DNA from: Candidatus Woesearchaeota archaeon
GTDB lineage: Archaea; Nanobdellota; Nanobdellia; Woesearchaeales; ARS49
Direction: 5' to 3'
Assembly: GCA_016188265.1 (NCBI GenBank)
Contig: JACPID010000003.1
Coordinates: forward strand, 61,070 to 81,069
DNA: 20,000 nt
Below the pieces are notes generated by a model. It had not been told where the DNA came from. It did no database searches and saw only the letters and a program-made list of their open reading frames with translations. Position numbers and translations under genes: made by a program. Shown piece after piece: positions 1 through 9,500 of the stretch. Each line of letters opens with the position of its first letter. Position 1 is the first letter of the stretch.

Positions 1-386
1 GGTAATTGAATTGGCGGTGGAAGGTTAAGCTCTCGTGTAAGTATTAATGCTTCAATATGAGCTCTTGATAATACTGCATTTAAAACAGGAACCATAATTT
101 CTGGTGAAACTTTTTTATCCTTTTTCCAATTCTTCAATACCTTTTCAGTTTCATCAAGTGAATCAAGCCATAAAACATCACCTTCTAAACGAAGTGTAGC
201 AACATCAGGATCATATTGTGAAACAAAATCAAAAGTAAACTTAAGCGCTCCTTGTTTAGATGTAACACGAAGATCTGCTTTCTCTACATTAAGGATATTT
301 GCATTACTTTGAATGTTAACTTTTCCGTCTACAGCTTTCTTTTTCTCCAGATTAATTTTTGTAAAGCCTAAACCAAGTACAGTCAT
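1..386 (-). CDS. Conserved archaeal hypothetical protein, possibly SecB-like fold (3' end runs off the window; not in the ORF track)
   Basis: Manual translation from ATG at 386 is open to the window edge: MTVLGLGFTKINLEKRKAVDGKVNIQSNANIL...FTFDFVSQYDPDVATLRLEGDVLW...ILTRELNLPPPIQLP. A beta-rich N-part, then a helix and an LPPPIxLP tail, resembles SecB-like proteins. The ORF is well supported; the fold call is tentative. Confidence 0.7.
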   Translation of the reverse strand, partial: MTVLGLGFTKINLEKKKAVDGKVNIQSNANILNVEKADLRVTSKQGALKFTFDFVSQYDPDVATLRLEGDVLWLDSLDETEKVLKNWKKDKKVSPEIMVPVLNAVLSRAHIEALILTRELNLPPPIQL

Positions 387-406
387 GGTATTTTCAAGAT
401 GCCACT

Positions 407-418
407 AATTTATAAATT
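407..418. promoter_or_regulatory. Palindromic TATA box (AATTTATAAATT) between divergent genes
   Basis: Perfect 12-bp palindrome with TTTATAAA core (409-416). Its centre is ~26 nt from ATG 386 (-) and ~29 nt from ATG 442 (+), the spacing expected for leaderless archaeal transcripts. Confidence 0.55.
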
Positions 419-441
419 TTATGTTCTTGTCTTAGCTTGAC

Positions 442-1392
442 ATGTTGAAAACTGCATTGCAAATTCAAATAAGCAATAACTGCACTACAAATTCAGTTCA
501 AACATTGCCTAAAAACCTGCTTTTTATAGAGCAATTTGAGCAAAAAGTTAAGCAAACAATTAAAAGATTTTCCATGTTTAAACCAGATGATAAAATTCTT
601 GTTGCAGTAAGCGGAGGCAAAGACAGTACTGCAGTTTTGTATACCCTGAAAAAATTCGGATACAAATTTGAAGCAGTAACTGTTGATGCACATATTGGTT
701 GTTATACAGAACAAAATCTTAAAAACATTAGAAAACATTGCCAAAATTTAGGAATTATCCTTCATGAAATTCCTTTTAGAAAGGTTTTTGGAGCTAGTTT
801 ATGTTTTATAAAAGACACATTAAGCCAAAAAGGATTTAATTTAAAGTCATGCACTGTGTGCGGTGTTCTTAGAAGGTATATTTTAAATAAAAAAGCAAGA
901 GAAATTGGAGCTACAAAACTAGTTACAGGCCATAATTTAGATGATGAATCTCAGGCTTTTTTTATGAATTTAATGAAGAACAAACTTGATTTATGCGCAC
1001 GCTCAGGCCCTGTTAATGGAATGTCAAAGCACAAAAATCTTGTCCAGCGAGTAAAGCCATTATACTTAACACGTGAAGAGGATATTGTTAAATACAGCAA
1101 AATGATGCAGTTTCCTGTTTATTACGGAAAATGCCCTTGTTCTGTTGAGGGTTTTAGAAATTCTATAAAAGACGGACTAAATAATGTTGAGGAAAAATTT
1201 CCAAAAGCTAAAGAAAATATTATAAATTACTTTTTAAATATCCGTGACAAACTCCAAAAAAATTACGCATTAAATAAAGCACCTGATGAATGCATTCATT
1301 GCGGTGAACCATGTTCTAGTGAGATTTGCCGCGCTTGTAAAATACTTGTTGACTTTAAAATAATGGCAGAGGCTCCTGAAATTTTAGCATGA
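442..1392 (+). CDS. ttuA: tRNA 2-thiolation protein, TtuA/Ncs6 (TtcA/TtuA family PP-loop ATPase)
   Basis: PP-loop SGGKDS, CTVC (Fe-S ligands) followed by GVLRR, TGHNLDDE, RVKPL, CPC, and a C-terminal Zn finger CIHCGEPCSSEICRAC. Confidence 0.88.
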   Translation: MLKTALQIQISNNCTTNSVQTLPKNLLFIEQFEQKVKQTIKRFSMFKPDDKILVAVSGGKDSTAVLYTLKKFGYKFEAVTVDAHIGCYTEQNLKNIRKHCQNLGIILHEIPFRKVFGASLCFIKDTLSQKGFNLKSCTVCGVLRRYILNKKAREIGATKLVTGHNLDDESQAFFMNLMKNKLDLCARSGPVNGMSKHKNLVQRVKPLYLTREEDIVKYSKMMQFPVYYGKCPCSVEGFRNSIKDGLNNVEEKFPKAKENIINYFLNIRDKLQKNYALNKAPDECIHCGEPCSSEICRACKILVDFKIMAEAPEILA

Positions 1393-1955
1393 TGGATATT
1401 GTTTTTCCTAATAATAATGAAAATGAGTTTTTAGACATGGCTGAAAAACTCAGCATTAAAAAATTAATTTTTGCATATACAGAAAAATCTCAGATAAAAA
1501 AAATCAAAGACGTAAAAACTGCTTTTTTGTGCGATGCTGAAAATGTTGATTTATCAAGAAAATATGCTGATTTTACCATAGTGAAAAGCGCTGGAAATGA
1601 TAGGTTTTCTTTAGAACGTGCAAAACCAGATTTCATGTTTGGCTTTGAAGAAATTGCTCAAAAAGACTCATTACACCAGCGCGCTTCAGGCTTAAATCAA
1701 GTGCTTTGCTCTATTGCATCAAGAAATAAAATCAATATTTTATTTAATTTTAACATAATTCTAAAAGCTTCAGAAATTAAACGTGCACTTTTTATTGGCA
1801 GAATGATGCAAAACTCAATTCTTTGCAAGAAGTATAAAGTTCCTCATGCTTTTGTTTCTTTTGCACACTCGCCAAAAGAACTTCGTTCTCCAAAAGATCT
1901 GGAAAGTTTTTTCTCTTTACTAGGAATCACACAGAAATTAGACGTATATTCTTAA
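1389..1955 (+). CDS. rnp3: Ribonuclease P protein component 3 (Rpp30)
   Basis: KDSLHQRASGLNQVLC, GRMMQNSILCKKYKVP and SFAHSPKELRSPKDLESFFSLLGI match archaeal Rpp30. ATGA overlap with ttuA. Confidence 0.82.
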   Translation: MMDIVFPNNNENEFLDMAEKLSIKKLIFAYTEKSQIKKIKDVKTAFLCDAENVDLSRKYADFTIVKSAGNDRFSLERAKPDFMFGFEEIAQKDSLHQRASGLNQVLCSIASRNKINILFNFNIILKASEIKRALFIGRMMQNSILCKKYKVPHAFVSFAHSPKELRSPKDLESFFSLLGITQKLDVYS

Positions 1956-2460
1956 TACATTCTTCTAAAATTTGTTTATTCTTTATTTTTTTACAAATTT
2001 TTTCATCAAGTTTTTTAAATGCAATTTTTGCTTTTACAATATCTTGACACTGAACTTTTTTTGCTTCAAAATATTCTTCATCATACAATACCATGCTTAA
2101 ACATTCTTCTTTCAAAACATTATCACTTAATTCTTCACAACCCTCCTTATTGTGCAAAGCTCGTGCCTTACACCAAATATCTTTTTCAGGACAAAGATCA
2201 GGCCTTTTTTCTACAACAGCTTTACAATAATCATCTTCACAAGGCACTGAATAATGCCTTATTTCTAGCTTACAAAATTCATTTGGACAAATATTTTCAT
2301 CTTTTGTTTCTAGCGCTAATGAGTATAACTTATCATTTTCTACTTCTTGTTCACATAAACTTAATTCTTCCCTGTATTCTTTTGCGCTAAAATAATGCCA
2401 AAAAAATAATCCAATTATTAATATAAGCAATACAAAAACAATTGCCACTCCTTTTTTCAT
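1927..2460 (-). CDS. Membrane-anchored/secreted protein with helical Cys-pair repeats
   Basis: N-terminus MKKG followed by a hydrophobic stretch (class III-like signal or anchor). Repeated Cys-pair units (EGCEELSDNVLKEEC, KICKKIKNKQILEEC). Convergent 29-bp overlap with rnp3; TATA-like sequence on the - strand at 2483-2492. Confidence 0.75.
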   Translation of the reverse strand: MKKGVAIVFVLLILIIGLFFWHYFSAKEYREELSLCEQEVENDKLYSLALETKDENICPNEFCKLEIRHYSVPCEDDYCKAVVEKRPDLCPEKDIWCKARALHNKEGCEELSDNVLKEECLSMVLYDEEYFEAKKVQCQDIVKAKIAFKKLDEKICKKIKNKQILEECIKNIRLISV

Positions 2461-2506
2461 GTTATACTATAATTTCTTTTAGTTTATATTTGTTACTGAT
2501 ACTATA

Positions 2507-2520
2507 GCAAAATTTATTAA
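2507..2520 (+). promoter_or_regulatory. Candidate BRE-TATA for the 2652-13938 operon
   Basis: GCAAAA followed by TTTATTAA. This would put the TSS near 2540, just before hairpin H1. SD-like GAGGA at 2640-2644. Confidence 0.4.
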
Positions 2521-2543
2521 TAAAGTAGTATATTTAGTATAGG

Positions 2544-2585
2544 CGCCGAACTTAATAATTGTATAAATAATAGTTAAGTTCGGCG
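2544..2585. repeat. Hairpin H1 (12-bp perfect inverted repeat, 18-nt loop)
   Basis: CGCCGAACTTAA - taattgtataaataatag - TTAAGTTCGGCG. Confidence 0.92.
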
Positions 2586-2586
2586 A

Positions 2587-2632
2587 ATATAACAAACGCA
2601 AAAATTATGAAAATATAGTGCGTTTGCTATAT
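2587..2632. repeat. Hairpin H2 (14-bp inverted repeat with one A.C mismatch, 18-nt loop)
   Basis: ATATAACAAACGCA - aaaattatgaaaatatag - TGCGTTTGCTATAT. Confidence 0.9.
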
Positions 2633-2651
2633 AATAAAAGAGGAATAAGTA

Positions 2652-5357
2652 ATGCGATGGATCATTGCAATAAGCGTCATACTAATTGTACTTCCATTAA
2701 CTAATGCAGTTGTATTTGATTATTATATTGGTGAAGCTAATTCTATACACCTTTTACCAGGCCAGAAGCAAGAATTGCCTACAAAACAGTTTATGATTTA
2801 CTTAAATTCTTGCGGCAGTGTTGCAAGAAATAGATGTTCTTCCCTGTCAAGTTTTAATGCTGTTATTGATAGTGTTTCTCTTCCAGGCCATAATCCAGGA
2901 GTTGATGTTTTTGCTTGTTATACTGCTGTTTCAGAAAAATTTGTTCAAACTATTTCATTTTCCGGCACAGCTCCTAATAAAGTTGATGACCATAAATGCA
3001 ATTTTAATGCTTATGCAGATGCATTTTTGTTTGAAAATTTCACTAAAAAACAAGCAAGCGCTTCCTTTAGTGATAAAGAAGCAAAACCTCTTGGCAGTGT
3101 AGAAGAGCTTTTAGGCCCTGTAAATGTTAATGAAGCAACTGTTTTTTCTGCATCAAATGATGTTATTGTTTGGATTGGAACAGACATGGATTTTGGAATT
3201 AAAAAAACCAGAGATTTTACAAAAAATGCATGGGCTTGTCTTGATTCAAATCATAATCAGCAATGTGATTATATTGATGGAAAAGAATGCATTGCAAAAA
3301 AAGGCTCTTGGTATAATGGTTTTTGCTGCGGTGTTGATTATAACCCAGGATATTATTCTACATTAAAAAAAACAGTTCCTGTGTGGGGCTTAAAAACACA
3401 GCAAATTGATGTTCCTGTTAATTCAATTTGCGGAACTAATGTTGAGGGCAAATACCAATGGCTACCTTTAGAAGAAGTTGGAGAACCTAGATCATCACTT
3501 GAACCTGAAGGCTTATTTGTATCTGATGGAACTAAATTTTTTAATTGCGGCGGCGATAAAGATTTTATGAACCTTCACGGAATTCCAAAACTTGACAAAT
3601 CTATATTTACGTACAAAGGAAAATCAAATGAATACCTTTGCCAGAATGAAGAAATAATTTCTTGCGGAGGAAATACCCCTTTTTCTGAATTATCAAAAAA
3701 TCCCGGGGAAAAGATTAATTACAAAAGTAAAGAATATTATTGCAGCAGTTCAGGCTTATTTGTTGATGACCTCGATAAAACTGATGAATCAACCTGCAAT
3801 AATGCAGGATTTATTTGGACTGGAACAAAATGTTGCGGAGATCCTGAAGAAAAACCAGAATATTATAACGATCCTTACAATTCTTCAAAAGTTAAACAAG
3901 GGCTTGGCGGAGGCTGTTGGAATAGTAATTTTGTTGCTAGAGGCAGAACAATTCCAGATGATCAGGGAATTATCAACCATCAAGGAGAGTTTTATAGTTG
4001 TAAATTTCCAACTAATCAAGCGCTTCTATTGCAAGTTAAAAATGAACAAGAATGCACAGTTCTTCCAGAATCTGTTCCAGAACCTGAAAATTACAAGCAT
4101 GCAGTATGCCAGCCTAATGGAAAATGGGTTATTGATAATGACTCTTCTGCTAAATCAAAAAAAAGCATTTCATGGAATCCCAATTCTAACCAGATAGTTC
4201 AAGGATGCTGTTCTTCTTCACAATGCTGGGATGGCAATCAATGTAAAAACTTAAATGAATATATAGCAATTTCTGACGATGAAGGATTTCAGTGCACTGC
4301 ACAAGGATGGCAGGCAGCAAAAGTAAAACATCGTTGGGATAGAAAAACAGATGCAGGATTTTGTGAATTAGCATCACAATGTCTTGTCGATCCTTCAGGA
4401 GATTTTTTATTAAATGGAAAACCTGAAGCTTGGTTTGAAAATAAAAAACCTCAATGCATTAATGATTCACAATACATTTTAGATCCAATCTGCGATGATG
4501 GTTCTTGGACTTCTAGAACAAGAAATATTGCTCTTTCATTAATTACTGTTGCAGAACAAGATTCGCCTAATGATTATACTTTATTTTGCGGAAATTACGA
4601 TGAGGTTTTACCATATCTGGACTACTCGGTTTCAAGAGGCGATGTAAAACAATATTTTGAATCTTTTTGCAAGCCATTTAATAGCCAAGATCAATATCCT
4701 TGTGTAAATAATGTTTGCGCTTTAAAATTTTCAAAAGGTGTTGCATTTGGCGCTTCTCTTAATATTCCAATTAATGATGATGAAAAATCATTTTTATATG
4801 CTCTTGACTTAGATAAAAACTTTTGTTCAAATATTGATATAACTGCTAATTTCTATGAAGAATGCAGCCCAGGGCAACTTTCAAAATCAAGCTTATTTTA
4901 CAATCCTAAACAACAATCAATACTTTACTTGCCTAAAGGAAGCATACCTTTTCCTTTAACTTACAAAACTGCATTTGACCGCTTTATAAAACAGCCTTTA
5001 GATACATTAATAACTTATGCTAAAACAATAAGCACTTTAAAAATGCCTCTTGCACAATTTTTTACAAAATTAGGCATTCTTAATAATCTTTATGCAAGCT
5101 CAAAAAATGGAGTTAGAGTATTTGCATTTCTTGAAAAACATCAAACAAAACAAGATGCATCTTATTTAGGAATAAAATATAGCAGCACTGAGTTTTCTGA
5201 ACAGTTATGTTCTGAATTTTTTAAACTTAAGGATGTTAATGCGCAATGCTTAAAACAACCATTGCCTTTTGATTTCTTGCTTATTTCAAAAAGCTATCCT
5301 GGCGAGAAATCACTTGTTGACTTCTGGAATGAACTTACTGGAGGTTTGAGGCTGTGA
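2652..5357 (+). CDS. Large secreted Cys-rich surface protein (901 aa), function unknown
   Basis: Sec-type signal peptide (MRWIIAISVILIVLPLTNA). Many Cys with recurring W..CCG motifs (WYNGFCCG, WTGTKCCGD, GCCSSSQCWDG). First gene of the coupled operon. Confidence 0.8.
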   Translation: MRWIIAISVILIVLPLTNAVVFDYYIGEANSIHLLPGQKQELPTKQFMIYLNSCGSVARNRCSSLSSFNAVIDSVSLPGHNPGVDVFACYTAVSEKFVQTISFSGTAPNKVDDHKCNFNAYADAFLFENFTKKQASASFSDKEAKPLGSVEELLGPVNVNEATVFSASNDVIVWIGTDMDFGIKKTRDFTKNAWACLDSNHNQQCDYIDGKECIAKKGSWYNGFCCGVDYNPGYYSTLKKTVPVWGLKTQQIDVPVNSICGTNVEGKYQWLPLEEVGEPRSSLEPEGLFVSDGTKFFNCGGDKDFMNLHGIPKLDKSIFTYKGKSNEYLCQNEEIISCGGNTPFSELSKNPGEKINYKSKEYYCSSSGLFVDDLDKTDESTCNNAGFIWTGTKCCGDPEEKPEYYNDPYNSSKVKQGLGGGCWNSNFVARGRTIPDDQGIINHQGEFYSCKFPTNQALLLQVKNEQECTVLPESVPEPENYKHAVCQPNGKWVIDNDSSAKSKKSISWNPNSNQIVQGCCSSSQCWDGNQCKNLNEYIAISDDEGFQCTAQGWQAAKVKHRWDRKTDAGFCELASQCLVDPSGDFLLNGKPEAWFENKKPQCINDSQYILDPICDDGSWTSRTRNIALSLITVAEQDSPNDYTLFCGNYDEVLPYLDYSVSRGDVKQYFESFCKPFNSQDQYPCVNNVCALKFSKGVAFGASLNIPINDDEKSFLYALDLDKNFCSNIDITANFYEECSPGQLSKSSLFYNPKQQSILYLPKGSIPFPLTYKTAFDRFIKQPLDTLITYAKTISTLKMPLAQFFTKLGILNNLYASSKNGVRVFAFLEKHQTKQDASYLGIKYSSTEFSEQLCSEFFKLKDVNAQCLKQPLPFDFLLISKSYPGEKSLVDFWNELTGGLRL

Positions 5358-6571
5358 AAGGCCAAATAACTATTTTTATTATCCTTGGACTGCTGATAAT
5401 CTTTTTAATATTACTAAGCATTTATTTTTTTGTAAAAGAACAGGTTAAACAGCCTGTTGACCAATCAGAAATAATGTCAATTAAGTCAACACTTCAATCT
5501 TGCATTGAACAAGCAACATTAAGCGCTTTTATTCAGTTTTTAAAACAAGGAGGAAAATATCAAGTTGATTCAACAAAAATGCCGTTGCTTGTTACTCGTG
5601 AACCTGTTCTTATTTCAAATTATGATAATGTTCCTTTTTTATCAAATCAACCGCCAGTTTATCCATGGAAAACATTTCCCTATAATCCAGAAACAAAACA
5701 AAAAGAATTTGTTCAAACATCAATTTTTGGCTGGAATAAAATATCTTCACTTCAACAAATGGAAGCTGATCTTTCAAAAATAATTAAAGAACAATTAAAA
5801 AAACAATGTGAAAACTTGCAAATTCCAGCATCTATAAATTTAGAAGATGTAAATATAAATTCTGTTTTTGGAAACATTGACACTATTATTTCTGTTTCAG
5901 GAATACGTGTTAAATTTCAACAAAATGTTGCTTCAAATATTCCTGAAATAAAAGTTCGCATTCCTATTGCAATGAAAGTATTATATAATTTTATAAGAAA
6001 TTTTATAGATGATGAAGTAAATGATGCACAGCACAAATTCCAACAAGAAAACCAAATATTTTCTGTTATTACTGAAAAAATTGAAGGGCACACTTTAGTG
6101 TCTATAACAGATCCATCGCTTAATATACAAGGAGTGCCCTTCTTTTTTCAATTTATTATTGAAAACAGGCCCCCGGCATTATTTTACATAGATCAAGATA
6201 TGCTTGGCCAAAATCTTGTCTGCTCTGAAACAAAAATATCTTTAGAAAAACCTAACAAATTAATTATTAGTGGAGGAATTTCCCCTTTAATCTCTGTGAA
6301 TGAAAATGAGCTTCCAGCAAAAGCTTTTGTTCAGCAAGGAAAAATAATTGCACATCCTTGTTTTGAACAAACTATCTTATTAGAAGCCATAGACCCGGAC
6401 CAGGACTTATTTGCATTTTCAATTGATGAAGGCGATCATGTTATTAATGAAAAAGAATACCAAAACTTATGTTTTATTCCTATGACTATTAGAGTTAGTG
6501 ACGGTTTTGAAAGTGATTTTCAAAAACTAAAATTTCGTGTTAAGCCAAGAGGTAAAGCATGCCCAGAATAA
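5354..6571 (+). CDS. Large pilin-like protein with class III signal peptide (405 aa)
   Basis: GTG start in a GTGA overlap, preceded by GGAGG. N-terminus MKG|QITIFIILGLLIIFLILL is an archaeal prepilin-type motif. Confidence 0.78.
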   Translation: MKGQITIFIILGLLIIFLILLSIYFFVKEQVKQPVDQSEIMSIKSTLQSCIEQATLSAFIQFLKQGGKYQVDSTKMPLLVTREPVLISNYDNVPFLSNQPPVYPWKTFPYNPETKQKEFVQTSIFGWNKISSLQQMEADLSKIIKEQLKKQCENLQIPASINLEDVNINSVFGNIDTIISVSGIRVKFQQNVASNIPEIKVRIPIAMKVLYNFIRNFIDDEVNDAQHKFQQENQIFSVITEKIEGHTLVSITDPSLNIQGVPFFFQFIIENRPPALFYIDQDMLGQNLVCSETKISLEKPNKLIISGGISPLISVNENELPAKAFVQQGKIIAHPCFEQTILLEAIDPDQDLFAFSIDEGDHVINEKEYQNLCFIPMTIRVSDGFESDFQKLKFRVKPRGKACPE

Positions 6572-9500
6572 GCTGGCAACAAATAGTTGGAAGTTTATGG
6601 TTTATAGTTTTATTGCTAATTATTGTTCCTTTTGCTTCTGCAGAAGGCTGTTGCTGTAATACTCAAACAGGACTTGCCGAGCCAGATTCAGCTCAACCAG
6701 ATGCAAATACATGTGCGCAAGAACTTACATTTTTAGAAATAACTAGCGAAGAAAGATTTGCAAAAGTTACTTGCAGTGAAAAATGCATTGAAGAATTTGG
6801 CGAAAGAGCTTATGTATGTGGTGATGGTTACTGTAATGAACCAGAAGAAACACCAGATTCATGTCCTGTAGATTGTAAAAGAGTTATTGCATTGTGTGGA
6901 GACCCTTTATATAATCCTCCGCCAAGACTCTTCAGGGTATTGCCAGTTAAATCACAGCCAATTCTTGAGCTTTTTTTTACACTTGAATGCCCTCAATCAA
7001 TTCAGTTTTTAGATATTTATCGCTGTACTGGAAAAGATTGTACTGATTTCAAAAAAATTGATACAATTGCACCAACAACATCATATAAAGATTTTAGTGA
7101 ATTAAGTTTTAATCAAGATTATTCATACAAAATTGAAGCTCAATATAGCAGTGGAAAAAGCTCTGCTGTTAAAGCAACAGGTAATTTAGGGAATATAGAA
7201 TGTTTAAGCCAAAACTCTCCTGTTTTTTGTATTTCTGATGGTTATTATAATAAGTATAAAAACCTTCTTCAAAAACAAGGACATGGTATTTTAAGCGCTC
7301 AATCTTTTCAAAATGAATTTATAAATTCAGTAAGCGCAGAATTTAATACAAGATTTAATCAAGCCTGGAAATGCAATGATTTAAATAAGCTTTATCAAGA
7401 CTTGCCAAAAGTCCAGTGCGATGCTTCAAAAAATGAAGTTTGTGTTATTCGTGGAAGTTCTGCTCAATGCATTACTCCATCAGTTTGTGAAAATAACAGG
7501 CCTTTTGGTCTTTTTAACGCTGTAGAATCTTGCGAAGGACTAGAACAAAATCCAAATTATTGCTATTTTGATCGTAAAACAGGAATAATTAACACATGCA
7601 ATAATTGCCCAACAGATTATTCTTTGCAATGTTATGATTATAAAACAAAAGGCGCTTGTGAAAACGATAATTGTAATGTTGGAAATTGCGCTTGGAGGAA
7701 TATTTTTCCTTCTTTGGGCATAGGAGTATGTATTGACACTGCTCAAAATAATTGTCATCTTTGCACTGAAAAAAACAGTTTATTTGATTCATGTTATGCT
7801 GAAAAAGCAAAAGCGCTTTCAACAAATACTGCATCTTGTTATTACTCTCCAACCTTTAAACAAGCTCTTGACTGTTCAAGAATAACTTGTCAAGATTATG
7901 AGCTAGAGCAAGATTGCGGGACCCCCTTGGGAGGTGTAAAACTTAATCAAGATAATTCTATACAACAAAAAAGCATTGATCCTTGTGGAATTGGTGCCTG
8001 CCAGTTCCAACCACAGGGTTGTATGAAAAATGCTGATGGAAATACAGGCCCTGGTTCTGAAGACTGCTCAAAAGGAGACCGCAATTGTGAGCTAGATTAT
8101 TTTCCTCCAGAAACACAAATTTCTTTGACAGGCAACAAAAATGAATTTCTCCATATCAGGATTAAAGATAAAAAAACAAAAGAAGACCCTTTAAGAGATT
8201 TGTCAGAAAAACCAGGATACTTTACTTATTTATGTTTGGTTACTGCAACAAAACAGTGCAATGATGCAAGTAGTTTTGATATTAAAATAAACGCTTCACG
8301 TTTAGTGCTTAATAATCTAGTATTATTTGAAAAAAAACAAAGACTTGCAACGCTTCAAGAAGGCAAAAACATATTGAAGTTTTTTAGCAAAGATAATTCA
8401 AGCAATTTAGAGCAAATAAAATCAATTGAAATTTCAGCATGTGATAATTGTCAAGGGCCTGTTGTAGATTTTATAAAAGTAGAAGGAGCAAAAAGATTTG
8501 ATGACTTCTTTTACACAAATAATATACAACCAGCAATAAGTGTTGAATTTATAACTCCAACACAAATTACAACAGCAGAACTGATAAGAGAAGGAAAAAC
8601 AGTTCAACTTAAACAAACAAATTCAGGCTTTAATATTGGTTTTACTTTCATTCCAACTTCACCATTAACAGAAGGAGCATACACATTTAGATTAAGCGCT
8701 TTAAATCAAAAAAATATAGAATTAATTCAACAAGCTGCCATTGGTTTGGTTATTGATACAACTCCGCCTACAGTAGAAGCAAGTCCTGATGATGGAACTG
8801 CCTTTGAAACTCAACAAGTTAGTGTTAAACTATTATTCAGCGAACCAGTGATGCCAGATAATCTTATTTTAGAAGAAGATACTTTTGTTAATAAATTTGC
8901 AAGTGTTCCTGAAGAATCAAAAGTTATTGATATACTTCAAACAAAAGACAATAAAGTATTTGAAGGAAAATTAACACATAAACAAGATGGAGTAATAACT
9001 TTTGTTATTGATGTTACAGATTTTGCAGGAAATATTCTTCAAACAACATCATCATACTCAGTTAATACAGGGATTGGAAAAATACGCTTAAAACAACCAA
9101 GTTGGGGCATTACTTCACAAACTCAGTTTGATATCATTATTCAAACAACAACAAAATCAGAATGTTCTTATGCATATGATCTTCCTACAATTCCTCCTGC
9201 AAATGAGCAGAACTTCCTTGCAAGCAAACGTTTTGATAAAACAAGCGGAAACTTTCATGTTGTTCAAGGATTCAACAGATTGCAAGATAGACAAGAACAT
9301 CATATTGATATTTTTTGTAAAGATAAAAATGGAATAATGTATGAGCGTTTTACATTATCAATTGATACAACGCCTTTATTTATTATTGAAGCATTTGCAT
9401 CTCCAGAAAAAATTTCTGAAACTTCAGACCAAATTCAAGATTTATATGAAACAACACTTAATATTGTACTGAACGAAGAAGGATTCTGCAGGTATGCAGA

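Noticed and set aside
2019..2390. 123-aa Leu/His-rich ORF on the + strand
   Set aside because: Antisense shadow of the 1927-2460 gene, with composition typical of reverse-complemented Glu/Lys codons.
2544..2632. Hairpins as CRISPR repeats, integron attC sites or TIGR-type arrays
   Set aside because: There are no identical repeats with spacers, no RYYYAAC/GTTRRRY ends and no box C/D motifs. No cas, integrase or Nop-domain gene is in the window.
8330..8340. Poly-A runs in coding regions as phase-variation or frameshift sites
   Set aside because: A7-A9 runs are common throughout this AT- and Lys-rich sequence, and all frames are intact.
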